This document shows, one piece after another, positions 54,808-64,000 of a DNA stretch of 64,000 bases. Made by a program: the position numbers and the translations under genes. Position 1 is the stretch's first letter, and the number at the start of each line of letters is the position of its first letter. Under the pieces are notes generated by a model. The model saw only the letters and a program-made list of their open reading frames with translations. It was not told the origin of the DNA and did not search any database. The DNA is taken from contig CAZHVT010000004.1 in the NCBI GenBank assembly GCA_964536205.1, positions 17,960 through 81,959 on the forward strand, read 5' to 3'. The DNA comes from an uncultured Gammaproteobacteria bacterium (lineage in GTDB: Bacteria > Patescibacteriota > Patescibacteriia > Magasanikbacterales > GCA-002688135).

Positions 54808-56346
54808 TTATCGTGCTAATTCGATAACCCGCTGCTCACGAATCACGGTTACGCGAATCTCTCCTGGATATTGCAATTCTTGTTCAATTTTGTGTGCGAT
54901 GTCGCGCGCCAAAGTATGCGCAGCATAATCATCAACCTTAGAAGGATGCACAAACACACGAACCTCACGCCCCGCAGAAATCGCATATGCTTTTTCAACA
55001 CCAGGAAATGATGTCGCCACATTTTCCAAACCTTCCAATCGTTTAATATAGAATTCGTATGTTCCTTTTCGTGCGCCCGGACGTGCACCAGAAAGTGCAT
55101 CGGCTGCCTTACAAATCGCACCTAACAAAGTTTTCGGATTATCCTCATGATGAGCAATCGAACAATACGCAATCTCTTCAGGAACATTAAATTTCTTCAT
55201 CAATGCATATCCCAATTCCGGATGACCACCGTCATTTTCATGATCAATAGACTTTCCAATATCATGGAATAATCCAGCTGTTTTCGCTAAAGTCACATCC
55301 ATTCCTAATTCACCAGCCATCATCCCACATAAATGCGCAACTTCGAGTGAATGCATCATATTATTTTGACCATAAGAAGTTCGGTATTTCAATCGCCCTA
55401 AAATCGATGTCAATTTCGGATCAAACCCCGTCAATCCCATTTCATACAACATTTCCTCACCAGCCTTTTTGATATCAAGCGCCAATTCCTTTTTAGCTAA
55501 CTCAATTGTTTCTTCAATACGCGCTGGTTGAATACGACCATCCTCAAGTAATTTCTCCAACGTAATCCGCGCAATCTGACGACGAATAGGGGAGAATCCA
55601 GAAATCGTAATCGCTCCGGGTGTATCATCAATAATCAACTCACAGCCTGTAACTTTTTCTAGGGTCTTGATATTACGACCTTCCTTACCAATAATTCGAC
55701 CCTTCATATCTTCAGAAGGAAGCTCAACAGTTGTAGTTGTGGTTTCAGCAGAGTGAGACCCTGCGTAACGCTGCATCACAGTCGTCAAAATTTTCTTCGC
55801 CTTTAATTCAAATTCTTCAGTATTACGCTTTTGCAACTTAAACATACGCTGCGCTAAATCGTCAGCATATTGTTTTTCCATTTTTCCGTACATTTGTTCG
55901 AGTGCTTCTTCCTTCGTCAAACCTGCGATAGTTTGTAATTTATCGATCGCTTCCTGACGAACTTGCGCCAAATCATTCTTATGTTTCTCAACGGCATCAA
56001 TTTTCTGTACTAATTTTTGTTTGGTAGCTTCGATTTCCTTTTGATTATTCTCAACAGCAACTTCACGCTTCTCAATGCGTTGAATCATGCTTTTGAACTC
56101 ATTGCGAGATTTTTGCTCTTCACGCTTTGCTTCATCAACGATTTTCATCGCCTTATCTTTTGCAGATAACAATGCTTCTCGCTCTTTTGTTTTAGCATCA
56201 TCGATGATTTTCTTAGCTTTCGCTTCGATAGAATTAAGTTGTCCTTGTGCGATGGTGCGGCGGGCAACATATCCGATGGCAGCACCAATCAGACCTGTTA
56301 CTGCTGCAATCGCAAGTGCAATTGTAGTAGACATAAAAACGCTCAA
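54808..56346 (-). CDS. rny: ribonuclease Y
   Basis: N-terminal TM, coiled coil, KH domain, HD domain (HDIGK...). 512 aa. Confidence 0.9.
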   Translation of the reverse strand: MSVFMSTTIALAIAAVTGLIGAAIGYVARRTIAQGQLNSIEAKAKKIIDDAKTKEREALLSAKDKAMKIVDEAKREEQKSRNEFKSMIQRIEKREVAVENNQKEIEATKQKLVQKIDAVEKHKNDLAQVRQEAIDKLQTIAGLTKEEALEQMYGKMEKQYADDLAQRMFKLQKRNTEEFELKAKKILTTVMQRYAGSHSAETTTTTVELPSEDMKGRIIGKEGRNIKTLEKVTGCELIIDDTPGAITISGFSPIRRQIARITLEKLLEDGRIQPARIEETIELAKKELALDIKKAGEEMLYEMGLTGFDPKLTSILGRLKYRTSYGQNNMMHSLEVAHLCGMMAGELGMDVTLAKTAGLFHDIGKSIDHENDGGHPELGYALMKKFNVPEEIAYCSIAHHEDNPKTLLGAICKAADALSGARPGARKGTYEFYIKRLEGLENVATSFPGVEKAYAISAGREVRVFVHPSKVDDYAAHTLARDIAHKIEQELQYPGEIRVTVIREQRVIELAR

Positions 56347-56632
56347 GATCAGTCGTCAAAATATGACGATTTTTCTAAGAGCGCTTAGTTCTACTCAAAA
56401 ATGAATCTATGCAAAAATCTCTCGTTTAATTACGAGATGTTTTACTAATGAATTATTTCCCCCTGAGACAGCTAAAATGCTTGTAAATAGAGTTAAATTC
56501 ATGCGATTCACTTCAACCAGTGCGACTCTTACAGTTACTGATCAGAATTACTTATTAATGTGCCCAGACCTTAACATATAAAGACGCTTTTGTAAAGAGG
56601 ATAAAACGTGCATAAATAACGTTAAACAGGCA

Positions 56633-56661
56633 TTGACAAAATCTAATTTTACATGTATAGT
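56633..56661 (+). promoter_or_regulatory. sigma70-type promoter
   Basis: TTGACA, 17 nt, TATAGT, in a 380-bp AT-rich divergent region. Confidence 0.45.
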
Positions 56662-56724
56662 TAAGTGTCGTGTCAAAAATTCTTTTGTCACATGTGGTGC
56701 GAAATCATCAAAAAAGGGCTATAA

Positions 56725-57279
56725 ATGATCGACAAAAAAAGGTTGAGTTTGGCCAAGGGTGAGAAGCTGTTGAGCTGGACGAAAAAGAGTTCAAGTGCTT
56801 TCTTCGTCGAAATGTTCGTTCTTAGTGTGGTCACTATCACTGCGGTGTCCGTAGGGATTTGGGCGATCAGTAGTGCGCCTGGTTGGGTCATGGAATCCAA
56901 GGGTAGGATGCTGAGGACCTTTGAGGTCGTATTTATGTGGCTGGTTTGGTGGGTGGCTGTCCTGATATCGCTGTGGTGTATCGCAGAGACAATCATTGAA
57001 TACACATTCTATCACTACGCAGTCACAACTCGTCGTGTGGTCAAATACTGGGGATGGATTGGTCGCTACGAAGAAGAAACGTTCTTGCACAAGGTCGAAT
57101 CAATCGACACAAAGCAGGGGATTATCGCTCGGATATTCGGCTACGGAAGCGTGAAGGTGTGCGGAACGGGTGGAGCAAAATTCTGGGTATGCGACATTCC
57201 AAACCACAGACATCACGCAAAAAAAATGACGGGCGCGATCCGTCACCTGCAAAAAGCAGGAAAAGCCAACAAGGCTTAG
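56725..57279 (+). CDS. membrane protein with bacterial PH (bPH_2/YdbT-like) domain
   Basis: Two TM helices followed by a ...YHYAVTTRRVVKYWGWIGRYEEETFLHKVESIDTKQGIIARIFGYGSVKV pattern. Confidence 0.5.
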   Translation: MIDKKRLSLAKGEKLLSWTKKSSSAFFVEMFVLSVVTITAVSVGIWAISSAPGWVMESKGRMLRTFEVVFMWLVWWVAVLISLWCIAETIIEYTFYHYAVTTRRVVKYWGWIGRYEEETFLHKVESIDTKQGIIARIFGYGSVKVCGTGGAKFWVCDIPNHRHHAKKMTGAIRHLQKAGKANKA

Positions 57280-57285
57280 TTCTCA

Positions 57286-57312
57286 AGGGTCTCTAACGAG
57301 ACCCTTTTATTT
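57286..57312. terminator. bidirectional terminator
   Basis: GGGTCTC-taac-GAGACCC-TTTTATTTT. Confidence 0.6.
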
Positions 57313-57975
57313 TATCGAAAAATTTGTGAGATTATCTGAAGAAAGCTCATCGAGAATGGTTGCATTTTTTAAAGAGTGTGTTCCAATCGCAGTTCGTTCC
57401 AGTTCATCCAGATATGCACCGACACCACATTTCTCTCCGATATCTGCACCAAGTGTGCGGATGTAAGTCCCAGAAGTACAATGCACATCAATAACAGCGA
57501 TGGGCCATTCATACGAAATCAATGCAATAGAGAAAATTTCAATATCAACAGATTCGCGCTCCACAACTTTTCCTTCGCGTGCTAATTCATATAATTTTTT
57601 CCCACCGATTTTTTTTGCGGAGTACATGGGCGGGGTTTGTTTTTGTGGGCCGATGAATTTTTGCAAAACCCCCTCTAGCTCCCCCTTGGGAAGGGGGAGA
57701 ATTTGCTGTGGTGATGGGATGACGATTCCGGTACGATCTTGCGTATCAGAAGTTGCGCCGAAATGGATTGTTGCGCGATATTTCTTATCTAACTTCACAA
57801 ACTCGGAAATCCGCTTTGTTGAAGATCGCCCAATCGCAACAATAAGCAATCCTGTTGCAAACGGATCCAAAGTTCCGGCATGTCCAACCTTTCGCTCGCC
57901 AGTTATTCGCCTCACACGATCAACAACATCATGCGAAGTAATCCCAGCTGGTTTATTGATTAAGACAAAAGCCAT
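57307..57975 (-). CDS. truB: tRNA pseudouridine(55) synthase TruB
   Basis: MAFVLINKPAGITSHDVVDRVRRI...GHAGTLDPFATGLLIV (catalytic Asp motif). Confidence 0.9.
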   Translation of the reverse strand: MAFVLINKPAGITSHDVVDRVRRITGERKVGHAGTLDPFATGLLIVAIGRSSTKRISEFVKLDKKYRATIHFGATSDTQDRTGIVIPSPQQILPLPKGELEGVLQKFIGPQKQTPPMYSAKKIGGKKLYELAREGKVVERESVDIEIFSIALISYEWPIAVIDVHCTSGTYIRTLGADIGEKCGVGAYLDELERTAIGTHSLKNATILDELSSDNLTNFSIK

Positions 57976-58021
57976 AATTGACCTAATTAAAGTATATTGC
58001 TAAACTTTCACCAACTTAGTT

Positions 58022-58057
58022 ATACCAGATACCAGATACTAAATACTAGATACTAAA
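58022..58057. repeat. tandem AGATAC(C/T) word repeats upstream of infB
   Basis: TATACCAGATACCAGATACTAAATACTAGATACTAAAAAA. Confidence 0.4.
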
Positions 58058-58060
58058 AAA

Positions 58061-60061
58061 ATGAACGTCACAGAACTCGCACGACGCCTCCGCGTCAACT
58101 CAAAAACACTCCTACAAACTCTCCCAGAGTTTGGTTTTGATATTGGAGCGCGCGCGATCAAAGTAGATGACAAAATCGCACAACAAATTCAAAGAGCATG
58201 GCCAAAAATTAAACGTGAGCTAGACAGACGAAAAGCAGAAGAAGAAAAAGAACGACGCCTGAAAGATATTGCAGCGCGCCGCGAAGAAGTGGGAACAGTG
58301 GAATTATCAGATGTGTTTACGGTTCGCGAATTTGCAGCAGCACTTAATTTACCTGTGACGACGTTAATGCAAGAATTGATGAAGAATGGAATTTTGGTAG
58401 CGATGAATGAACGAATCGATTTCGACACCGCACAAATCATCGCAGAAGATTTAGGATACGAAGTGATCAAAAAAAATGAAGGAGAAGCTGTCGTTGAAAC
58501 AACATCAGAAGAATCTGAACTAAAAGAAATGCTTGATGCAGATGCAAAAAACGCCACACCACGTCCAGCTGTTATTGTGGTGATGGGACATGTTGATCAT
58601 GGAAAAACGCGATTGCTCGATGCGATTCGCTCAACTAATGTGATCGATACAGAAGCCGGCGGAATCACACAGCATATCGGGGCATATCAAATAGAAAAAC
58701 AAGGAAAGAAAGTGACGTTTATCGATACGCCAGGGCACGAAGCCTTTACTGTCATGCGATCTCGTGGTGCGCGCGTCGCAGACATCGCTATTTTAGTAGT
58801 AGCCGCAGACGACGGAGTCAAGCCACAAACAAAAGAAGCAATCAAAATTATTCATGCCGCAAAACTGCCATACGTCGTCGCACTCAACAAAATGGATAAA
58901 GCAGAAGCAAATCCCGATAAGGTTAAAAAGGAACTATCAGAACATAACGTATTGGTAGAAGAATGGGGAGGCGACGTGCCAATTGTAGAAATCTCTGCAA
59001 AAGAAGGAACGAATATTGATAAAATTTTGGATGTGATTTTGTTAGTCGCGGATGTAAACGCGGATAAAATCACGGCAAATGCAGATCGTGGCGCTATCGG
59101 AACGGTAATTGAATCTCGTGTTGATAAAGGACAGGGTCCGGTTGCGACAGTTCTCGTACAAGCAGGAACATTGAAGAAAAAAGATCCGCTTAATGTAAAC
59201 GGCCGAAATTATGGTCGCGTGCGAGCTTTGAAGAATTATGTAGGAGAGGATTTAAAAGAAGCACTTCCAGGAACACCTGTCAGAATTTTAGGATTTCAAA
59301 GCGCTCCGGAAGTGGGAGACATTTTAGATGTTGATGCTAAAGACGCGGTGAAGCTGAAGAAAACGAAAACATTAAAATCACAAGCAGTTGCATCAGTACT
59401 TACACAAACAACAGAGGACGAAGACGAAGAAGGAAAGGGAAAGAAGATTCTACCAATTGTTGTGAAGGCTGACACACTGGGATCACTTGAAGCTGTCCTT
59501 AACTCACTTGAGAAAATTCAACATGACGAAGTCGGAATTAAAATCGCTTCACAAGGTTTGGGAAATATCACGGATGCAGAAATTCTCAAAGCCGAAGGAA
59601 CAAACACAAGATTTTATGCATTTAATGTGGTGCCAACAGGAACAGCTGCGCATGTCGCTCGTGAAAAGAAATTACCGATTTATGAAACAGCAATCATTTA
59701 CGATTTACTATCAAACGTAACAGCGGAACTTGAAAAATTACTTGAACCAGAAATTATTGAAACACAACACGGAAACGCAACGGTGCTAGAAATTTTCCGA
59801 CAAGATAAAAAAGGACAAATTATTGGGTGTCGTTTGAACGAAGGAAAATTCCGACCGGAAATTAGTATTCGCATTAAACGTGCAGGTGAATTGATGGGAG
59901 AAGGAAAAATCACCATGCTCAAATCTGGAAAATCAGAAACAAAAGAAGTTCCGGGAGGTTCAGAATTTGGAATGAATTTGAAATCGCGTACAACCGTACT
60001 TGTCGATGATGTTTTAGAAGGGTATACTGTTGAGCGAAAGGAGAAAAAACTTAATCTATAG
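58061..60061 (+). CDS. infB: translation initiation factor IF-2
   Basis: G domain ([26 protein letters not shown]) plus C-terminal beta-barrels. 666 aa. Confidence 0.95.
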   Translation: MNVTELARRLRVNSKTLLQTLPEFGFDIGARAIKVDDKIAQQIQRAWPKIKRELDRRKAEEEKERRLKDIAARREEVGTVELSDVFTVREFAAALNLPVTTLMQELMKNGILVAMNERIDFDTAQIIAEDLGYEVIKKNEGEAVVETTSEESELKEMLDADAKNATPRPAVIVVMGHVDHGKTRLLDAIRSTNVIDTEAGGITQHIGAYQIEKQGKKVTFIDTPGHEAFTVMRSRGARVADIAILVVAADDGVKPQTKEAIKIIHAAKLPYVVALNKMDKAEANPDKVKKELSEHNVLVEEWGGDVPIVEISAKEGTNIDKILDVILLVADVNADKITANADRGAIGTVIESRVDKGQGPVATVLVQAGTLKKKDPLNVNGRNYGRVRALKNYVGEDLKEALPGTPVRILGFQSAPEVGDILDVDAKDAVKLKKTKTLKSQAVASVLTQTTEDEDEEGKGKKILPIVVKADTLGSLEAVLNSLEKIQHDEVGIKIASQGLGNITDAEILKAEGTNTRFYAFNVVPTGTAAHVAREKKLPIYETAIIYDLLSNVTAELEKLLEPEIIETQHGNATVLEIFRQDKKGQIIGCRLNEGKFRPEISIRIKRAGELMGEGKITMLKSGKSETKEVPGGSEFGMNLKSRTTVLVDDVLEGYTVERKEKKLNL

Positions 60062-60147
60062 CGATTAGCGTCTAGCGTTTAGCGATTAGTAATTCACTAG
60101 CGAGCTCAGCGAGAAACTAAAAGCTAAACGCTAAAAGCTAAACGCTA
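60061..60147. repeat. word-built palindrome, family 1, copy c
   Basis: GCGATTAGCGTCTAGCGTTTAGCGATTAG...AGCGAGAAACTAAAAGCTAAACGCTAAAAGCTAAACGCT. Confidence 0.65.
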
Positions 60148-60151
60148 CTCT

Positions 60152-60463
60152 ATGTTAGAACTCACAGACGACAATTTCAAAAAAGAGGCACTAGAAAGCG
60201 ACGTGCCAGTACTGGTAGATTTCTGGGCACCATGGTGTGGCCCATGCCAAAGAATGTTGCCAGTTATGGATGAGCTCGCAAAAGAGATGGAAGGTAAGCC
60301 AGTAAAAGTAGCCAAAATGAATGTAGATGAAAATCAAACAACGCCAGCAGAATACGGCATCCTCTCAATTCCAACCTTGATAGTATTCAAAGATGGAAAA
60401 GCCGCAGAAACACTCCAGGGCGCACAATCAATAGAACAACTCAAGACAGCGCTTGGGGTTTAG
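60152..60463 (+). CDS. trxA: thioredoxin
   Basis: WCGPC active site. 103 aa. Confidence 0.9.
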   Translation: MLELTDDNFKKEALESDVPVLVDFWAPWCGPCQRMLPVMDELAKEMEGKPVKVAKMNVDENQTTPAEYGILSIPTLIVFKDGKAAETLQGAQSIEQLKTALGV

Positions 60464-60582
60464 AAATCGAGAAATCGAAAAAACGAGAAAACCAGAAATC
60501 GAAAAATCGAAAAATCGAAAAAAATCCCGCAAGGGATTTTTAGCTTTCTCGTTTTCTCGTTTTCTCGATTTCTGGTTTCCTC
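60464..60582. repeat. very long word-built imperfect palindrome (AATCGAAA / TTTCTCG words) with GCAA tetraloop centre; convergent-gene terminator
   Basis: Arms of about 55 nt around AAATCCC-gcaa-GGGATTT, between trxA (+) and the antiporter gene (-). Confidence 0.65.
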
Positions 60583-60586
60583 GAAA

Positions 60587-61579
60587 TCATCCTCGCATCG
60601 AAACAAAAATGATATAGGCAAGATACAATACAAGAAGTTGTAATCCCTTTGTGGTGCCAAGCTTGAATCTTTTGCCATAAAACATCGCAACAAAAATCAA
60701 GATGCTAGCAAAAATCGCAAGGGCAAGGTCAGTTTGCAGGGTATGAGAAAATGCAAGTGGGGTGATAGTAGCTGTTGTTCCCAAAACAAAAAATACATTA
60801 AACAAATTCGATCCGATAACATTACCAACAGCCACATCAACCTTTCCTTTCTTGGCAGCAACAATCGACGTGACCAATTCAGGGAGCGATGTTCCGAGTG
60901 CTACGATGGTTACAGCGATAAACGCTTCTGAAAATCCGAGTTGTCCGGCGAGAAGGGTAGCGCTATCCACAGATAATTTTCCACCAATAATCAAACCGGC
61001 CAAACCTATCAATATCCACATGATTGAAGAGCCTAGTGGTTTTTTTACAACATGATCCGCACCATCTTCAGAAGTACCCAATCCAAATGTGTAATATAAA
61101 AAGATAATAAAAAAGCCGAGTAGTGCAATACCTTCAGATCGTCGAATCACACCTTCAGTGCCTCCGTCGATAAGCATATCATTGGCAAACACGCCCAACA
61201 AAATCATGGACAACAGCATGAAGGGGAGCTCTTTCCAAACCGTTCCATGTCGAATAGAGAGCGGCTTTGTTGCCACAATCGCTGTAACACCCAAAATCAA
61301 CAAAATATTTGAAAGGTTACTACCAATAACATTACCAATCGCAATATCTGCAGTTCCAGATAGCGCAGCAACCACACTCACTAACAACTCCGGTGCAGAC
61401 GTACCAAACGAAACAATCGTCAGTCCAATCACAAAATCAGACATTCCCCAGCGCGCAGCAAGAGAAGATGCACCATCAATAAGCCACTCCGCACCTTTAA
61501 TGAGTGCACCAAAACCGATAACAATCAGCAAAAGATAATACAATGAAAGCATAGAAAAAAAGTATAGCAGAAAATCCAA
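60587..61579 (-). CDS. Ca2+/cation antiporter (CaCA family, YrbG-like)
   Basis: Two alpha-repeat regions (GNVIGSNLSNILLILG and GNVIGSNLFNVFFVLG). About 10 TM. Confidence 0.85.
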   Translation of the reverse strand: MDFLLYFFSMLSLYYLLLIVIGFGALIKGAEWLIDGASSLAARWGMSDFVIGLTIVSFGTSAPELLVSVVAALSGTADIAIGNVIGSNLSNILLILGVTAIVATKPLSIRHGTVWKELPFMLLSMILLGVFANDMLIDGGTEGVIRRSEGIALLGFFIIFLYYTFGLGTSEDGADHVVKKPLGSSIMWILIGLAGLIIGGKLSVDSATLLAGQLGFSEAFIAVTIVALGTSLPELVTSIVAAKKGKVDVAVGNVIGSNLFNVFFVLGTTATITPLAFSHTLQTDLALAIFASILIFVAMFYGKRFKLGTTKGLQLLVLYLAYIIFVSMRG

Positions 61580-61618
61580 CTTGATTAAACATGCGCGTCT
61601 CGATACTATTGTGTACTT

Positions 61619-61662
61619 AAGCGAGAAACTAATCGCTAATCGCTAATCGCTAAACGCTCGCT
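61619..61662. repeat. partial copy of the family 1 word element
   Basis: AGCGAGAAACTAATCGCTAATCGCTAATCGCTAAACGCTCGCT. Shares AGCGAGAAACTA with copy c. Confidence 0.5.
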
Positions 61663-61809
61663 ATGACACACATACAAAAACGTCGCCTACTGATTGCTGT
61701 TCTGGCAACAGTCGGGTCACTTCTCGCAATCACGATTTATGTGGACGGCGGCATATCACAAAAAGATATTGTACAAGCAGATCAACAAGAAGTTATACAA
61801 AACCCATAG
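61663..61809 (+). CDS. candidate 48-aa single-TM protein
   Basis: ORF MTHIQKRRLLIAVLATVGSLLAITIYVDGG..., absent from the track (under 60 aa). Ends 1 nt before leuS. Confidence 0.25.
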   Translation: MTHIQKRRLLIAVLATVGSLLAITIYVDGGISQKDIVQADQQEVIQNP

Positions 61810-61810
61810 T

Positions 61811-64000
61811 ATGAAAGATTACAATCCAAAAGAAATCGAACCAAAGTGGCAAAAGCAATGGGAGGATGAAAAATTACACAGAGCGAAAACCGGCGATACA
61901 GCCGAGAAATTTTACTCACTCGAAACCTTTCCATATCCATCCGCAGTAGGTTTGCATGTCGGACATCCAGAAGGATACACAGCCGAAGATATCAATGCGC
62001 GCTATCAAAGAATGAACGGAAAAAATGTGTTGTACACGATGGGATGGGATGCGTTTGGATTGCCGACTGAAAACTACGCGATAAAAGTTGGAAAAAATCC
62101 TAAGGAAGTTGCGCTCGATAATATTGCAAATTTCAAGCGCCAATTGCAGATGTTTGGTTTTTCTTATGATTGGGATCGCGAACTAAACACTTCAGACCCT
62201 TCATATTACAAATGGACTCAATGGTTATTTTTGCAGTTGTATAAAAAAGATTTAGCATATCGAAAGCATGCGCCCGTGAACTGGTGTGAAAGTTGTAAGA
62301 CAGTTTTGGCGCGCGAGCAGGTAATCGAGGGGGCATGTGAGCGATGCAAAAATAATGTTGAACAAAAACCAATGGAGCAGTGGTTTTTCAAGATTACAAA
62401 TTATGCAGATGAATTGTTGGATGGAATTGAGGGATTGGATTGGATTGATGCAACAAAGGAAGGTCAGAGGAATTGGATAGGAAAGTCAATTGGCGCCGCA
62501 ATTGACTTTAGTGTCAAATGTCAAAATCCAAATGTCAAATGTCCGGTGATCGAAGTTTTTACGACAAGACCAGATACACTATTTGGAGCGACATATATGG
62601 TTTTGGCGCCTGAACATGAATTAGTCGATCAGTTGAAAGATCAAATTTCAAATTGGGATGAGATCGAAAAATATAGAAACGAAGCATCAAACAAAACAGA
62701 AATGGAACGCGTGCATTTGGATAAAGAAAAAACAGGAGTCGAATTAAAGGGTGTGGTGGCAATCAATCCAGCAAATCAAAAAGAAATTCCAGTATGGATT
62801 GCAGATTATGTCATGGCTTCATACGGAACAGGCGCAATCATGGCAGTCCCAGCGCACGATGAACGCGATTATGCATTTGCGAAAAAATTCGATCTGAACA
62901 TTGTGGAAGTTATCAGTTCAGATCAGGGCATTACAGAAAAGGCTTTTGTTGGTGATGGAACATTAATCAATTCAGATTTTTTAAATGACGAAGATGTAGA
63001 AGATGCAAAGAAGAAAATTATTGAATGGTTGGGGAAAGAAAAGATCGGAAAAGCTGCAGTAACATATCGTCTGCGTGATTGGCTTGTTTCGCGACAGCGA
63101 TATTGGGGAGCCCCAATTCCAATTATTTGGTGTGAGAAATGTGGAGATGTTCCTGTCCCAGAAAAAGATTTGCCAGTGTTACTTCCAGATGATGTAGATT
63201 TTAATCCAACAGGCGAGCCGCCACTAGCATCCTCAAAAGAATTTCAAAATGTTGAGTGTCCGGAATGTGGTGGATCTGCACGACGCGATTATGAAACAAT
63301 GGATACATTCGTAGATTCAAGTTGGTATTTTTTACGATACTGTTCACCGCATGAGGAATCTGCGCCATTTAACAAAAAGGATGTCGAATATTGGATGCCC
63401 ACAGATTTGTATGTGATCGGAGCAGAACATATCGCACTACATTTATTGTATGCTCGATTTTTTTGCAAAGCTTTTGCTGATTTGGGATTGATTGATATTC
63501 GCGAGCCATTCCAAAAAATCCGACATCAAGGAATGATCATGGGAGAAGATAATCAAAAAATGTCTAAGTCTCGCGGAAATGTTGTCAATCCAGATGAAGT
63601 GATTGAAAAATATGGAGCTGATACTATGCGCATGTATGAAATGTTCATGGGGCCTTTGGCTGATTCAAAGCCGTGGTCAACAGACTCAATGAAAGGCATC
63701 AGCAGATTTTTAGAGAAGATGTGGAAATTGCAAAAGAAAGTTACAGAGCAAAAAAACGATGAATATCAAAAAGTCCTCCATCAAACCATCAAAAAAGTAA
63801 CAGAAGATATTGAATTAATGCACTACAACACAGCCATCGCTCAAATGATGATTTTGAGTAATGTGTTACACAAAGTTGAAAACATCGCGAAAGAAGATTG
63901 GGAAATGATTTTAAAAATCCTACATCCATTCGCTCCACATATCACAGAGGAATTATGGCATGTTGATCATGACACATTCATCATGACAGAATCCTGGCCT
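61811..64000 (+). CDS. leuS: leucyl-tRNA synthetase (N-terminal 730 aa; continues past the window end)
   Basis: Uninterrupted frame from ATG 61811 to the window end. HVGH (HIGH-class motif), editing domain, QKMSKSRGN (KMSKS). Not in the ORF track because it has no stop. Confidence 0.95.
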   Translation, partial: MKDYNPKEIEPKWQKQWEDEKLHRAKTGDTAEKFYSLETFPYPSAVGLHVGHPEGYTAEDINARYQRMNGKNVLYTMGWDAFGLPTENYAIKVGKNPKEVALDNIANFKRQLQMFGFSYDWDRELNTSDPSYYKWTQWLFLQLYKKDLAYRKHAPVNWCESCKTVLAREQVIEGACERCKNNVEQKPMEQWFFKITNYADELLDGIEGLDWIDATKEGQRNWIGKSIGAAIDFSVKCQNPNVKCPVIEVFTTRPDTLFGATYMVLAPEHELVDQLKDQISNWDEIEKYRNEASNKTEMERVHLDKEKTGVELKGVVAINPANQKEIPVWIADYVMASYGTGAIMAVPAHDERDYAFAKKFDLNIVEVISSDQGITEKAFVGDGTLINSDFLNDEDVEDAKKKIIEWLGKEKIGKAAVTYRLRDWLVSRQRYWGAPIPIIWCEKCGDVPVPEKDLPVLLPDDVDFNPTGEPPLASSKEFQNVECPECGGSARRDYETMDTFVDSSWYFLRYCSPHEESAPFNKKDVEYWMPTDLYVIGAEHIALHLLYARFFCKAFADLGLIDIREPFQKIRHQGMIMGEDNQKMSKSRGNVVNPDEVIEKYGADTMRMYEMFMGPLADSKPWSTDSMKGISRFLEKMWKLQKKVTEQKNDEYQKVLHQTIKKVTEDIELMHYNTAIAQMMILSNVLHKVENIAKEDWEMILKILHPFAPHITEELWHVDHDTFIMTESWP

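Noticed and set aside
57640-57670. Palindrome CTCCCCCTT-ggg-AAGGGGGAG inside truB, and the 12-bp perfect palindrome GAATGAGATACG/CGTATCTCATTC at the dprA 3' end (42069-42093)
   Set aside because: Both are in frame within conserved coding sequence (truB ...PLPKGELEG...; dprA ...MRYVRISFH). They are noted as possible internal structures but cannot be distinguished from coincidence.

Overview
This 64 kb window is AT-rich (about 35-42% GC) and looks like a small-genome bacterium. The most likely source is a CPR/Patescibacteria-type organism, judged from three observations. (1) The str-S10-spc ribosomal-protein superoperon has no rpmD (L30) between rpsE and rplO. (2) Several ribosomal proteins and HU carry low-complexity K/E-, RG- or P/A-rich extensions. 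(3) After map, the expected infA-rpmJ-rpsM-rpsK-rpsD-rpoA-rplQ block is replaced by ruvX-recO-asnS. TGA is used as a stop codon (for example rpsJ), so genetic code 11 applies.

Gene order runs: rpsL-rpsG-fusA-(acidic ORF)-tuf-rpsJ-rplCDWB-rpsS-rplV-rpsC-rplP-rpmC-rpsQ-rplNXE-rpsN(Zn type)-rpsH-rplFR-rpsE-rplO-secY-(hypothetical)-adk-map-ruvX-recO-asnS-(hypothetical)-aspS-(CDP-alcohol phosphatidyltransferase)-scpA-scpB-dacA-like. A 2.5 kb GC-rich (about 60-65%) island follows, ending at a tRNA(CAU). Next come a metallophosphoesterase, tRNA-fMet-like, tRNA-Leu(CAA) and parA-parB. A second GC-rich islet carries a single 540-aa gene. After it come relA/spoT-like, topA, a rimK-like ATP-grasp gene, dprA, pth, der, an LCP-family gene, a 1036-aa PG-binding surface protein, a membrane protein, a histidine phosphatase, hup, ymdB, a hypothetical gene, rny, truB (divergent), infB, trxA, a CaCA antiporter and a partial leuS.

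Five signals are not explained by routine annotation:
- The first island is a tandem array of small, mostly hydrophobic peptide genes (21-126 aa). Each has a shared 'CGTGAGGAG...ACCCCGGGT..AAAGAAATGGG' leader and a paired-hairpin terminator module. This is the best candidate for an undescribed system in the window.
- A duplicated structured-RNA-like element of about 85 nt sits inside the ribosomal operon (rpsJ/rplC and rpsH/rplF spacers), with compensatory outer-stem changes.
- Dispersed long imperfect palindromes are built from short tandem 'words' and act as terminator/promoter modules. Two of them enclose a conserved core.
- The second GC-rich gene has host-type AT-rich signals.
- A palindrome triad overlaps the 3' end of pth.
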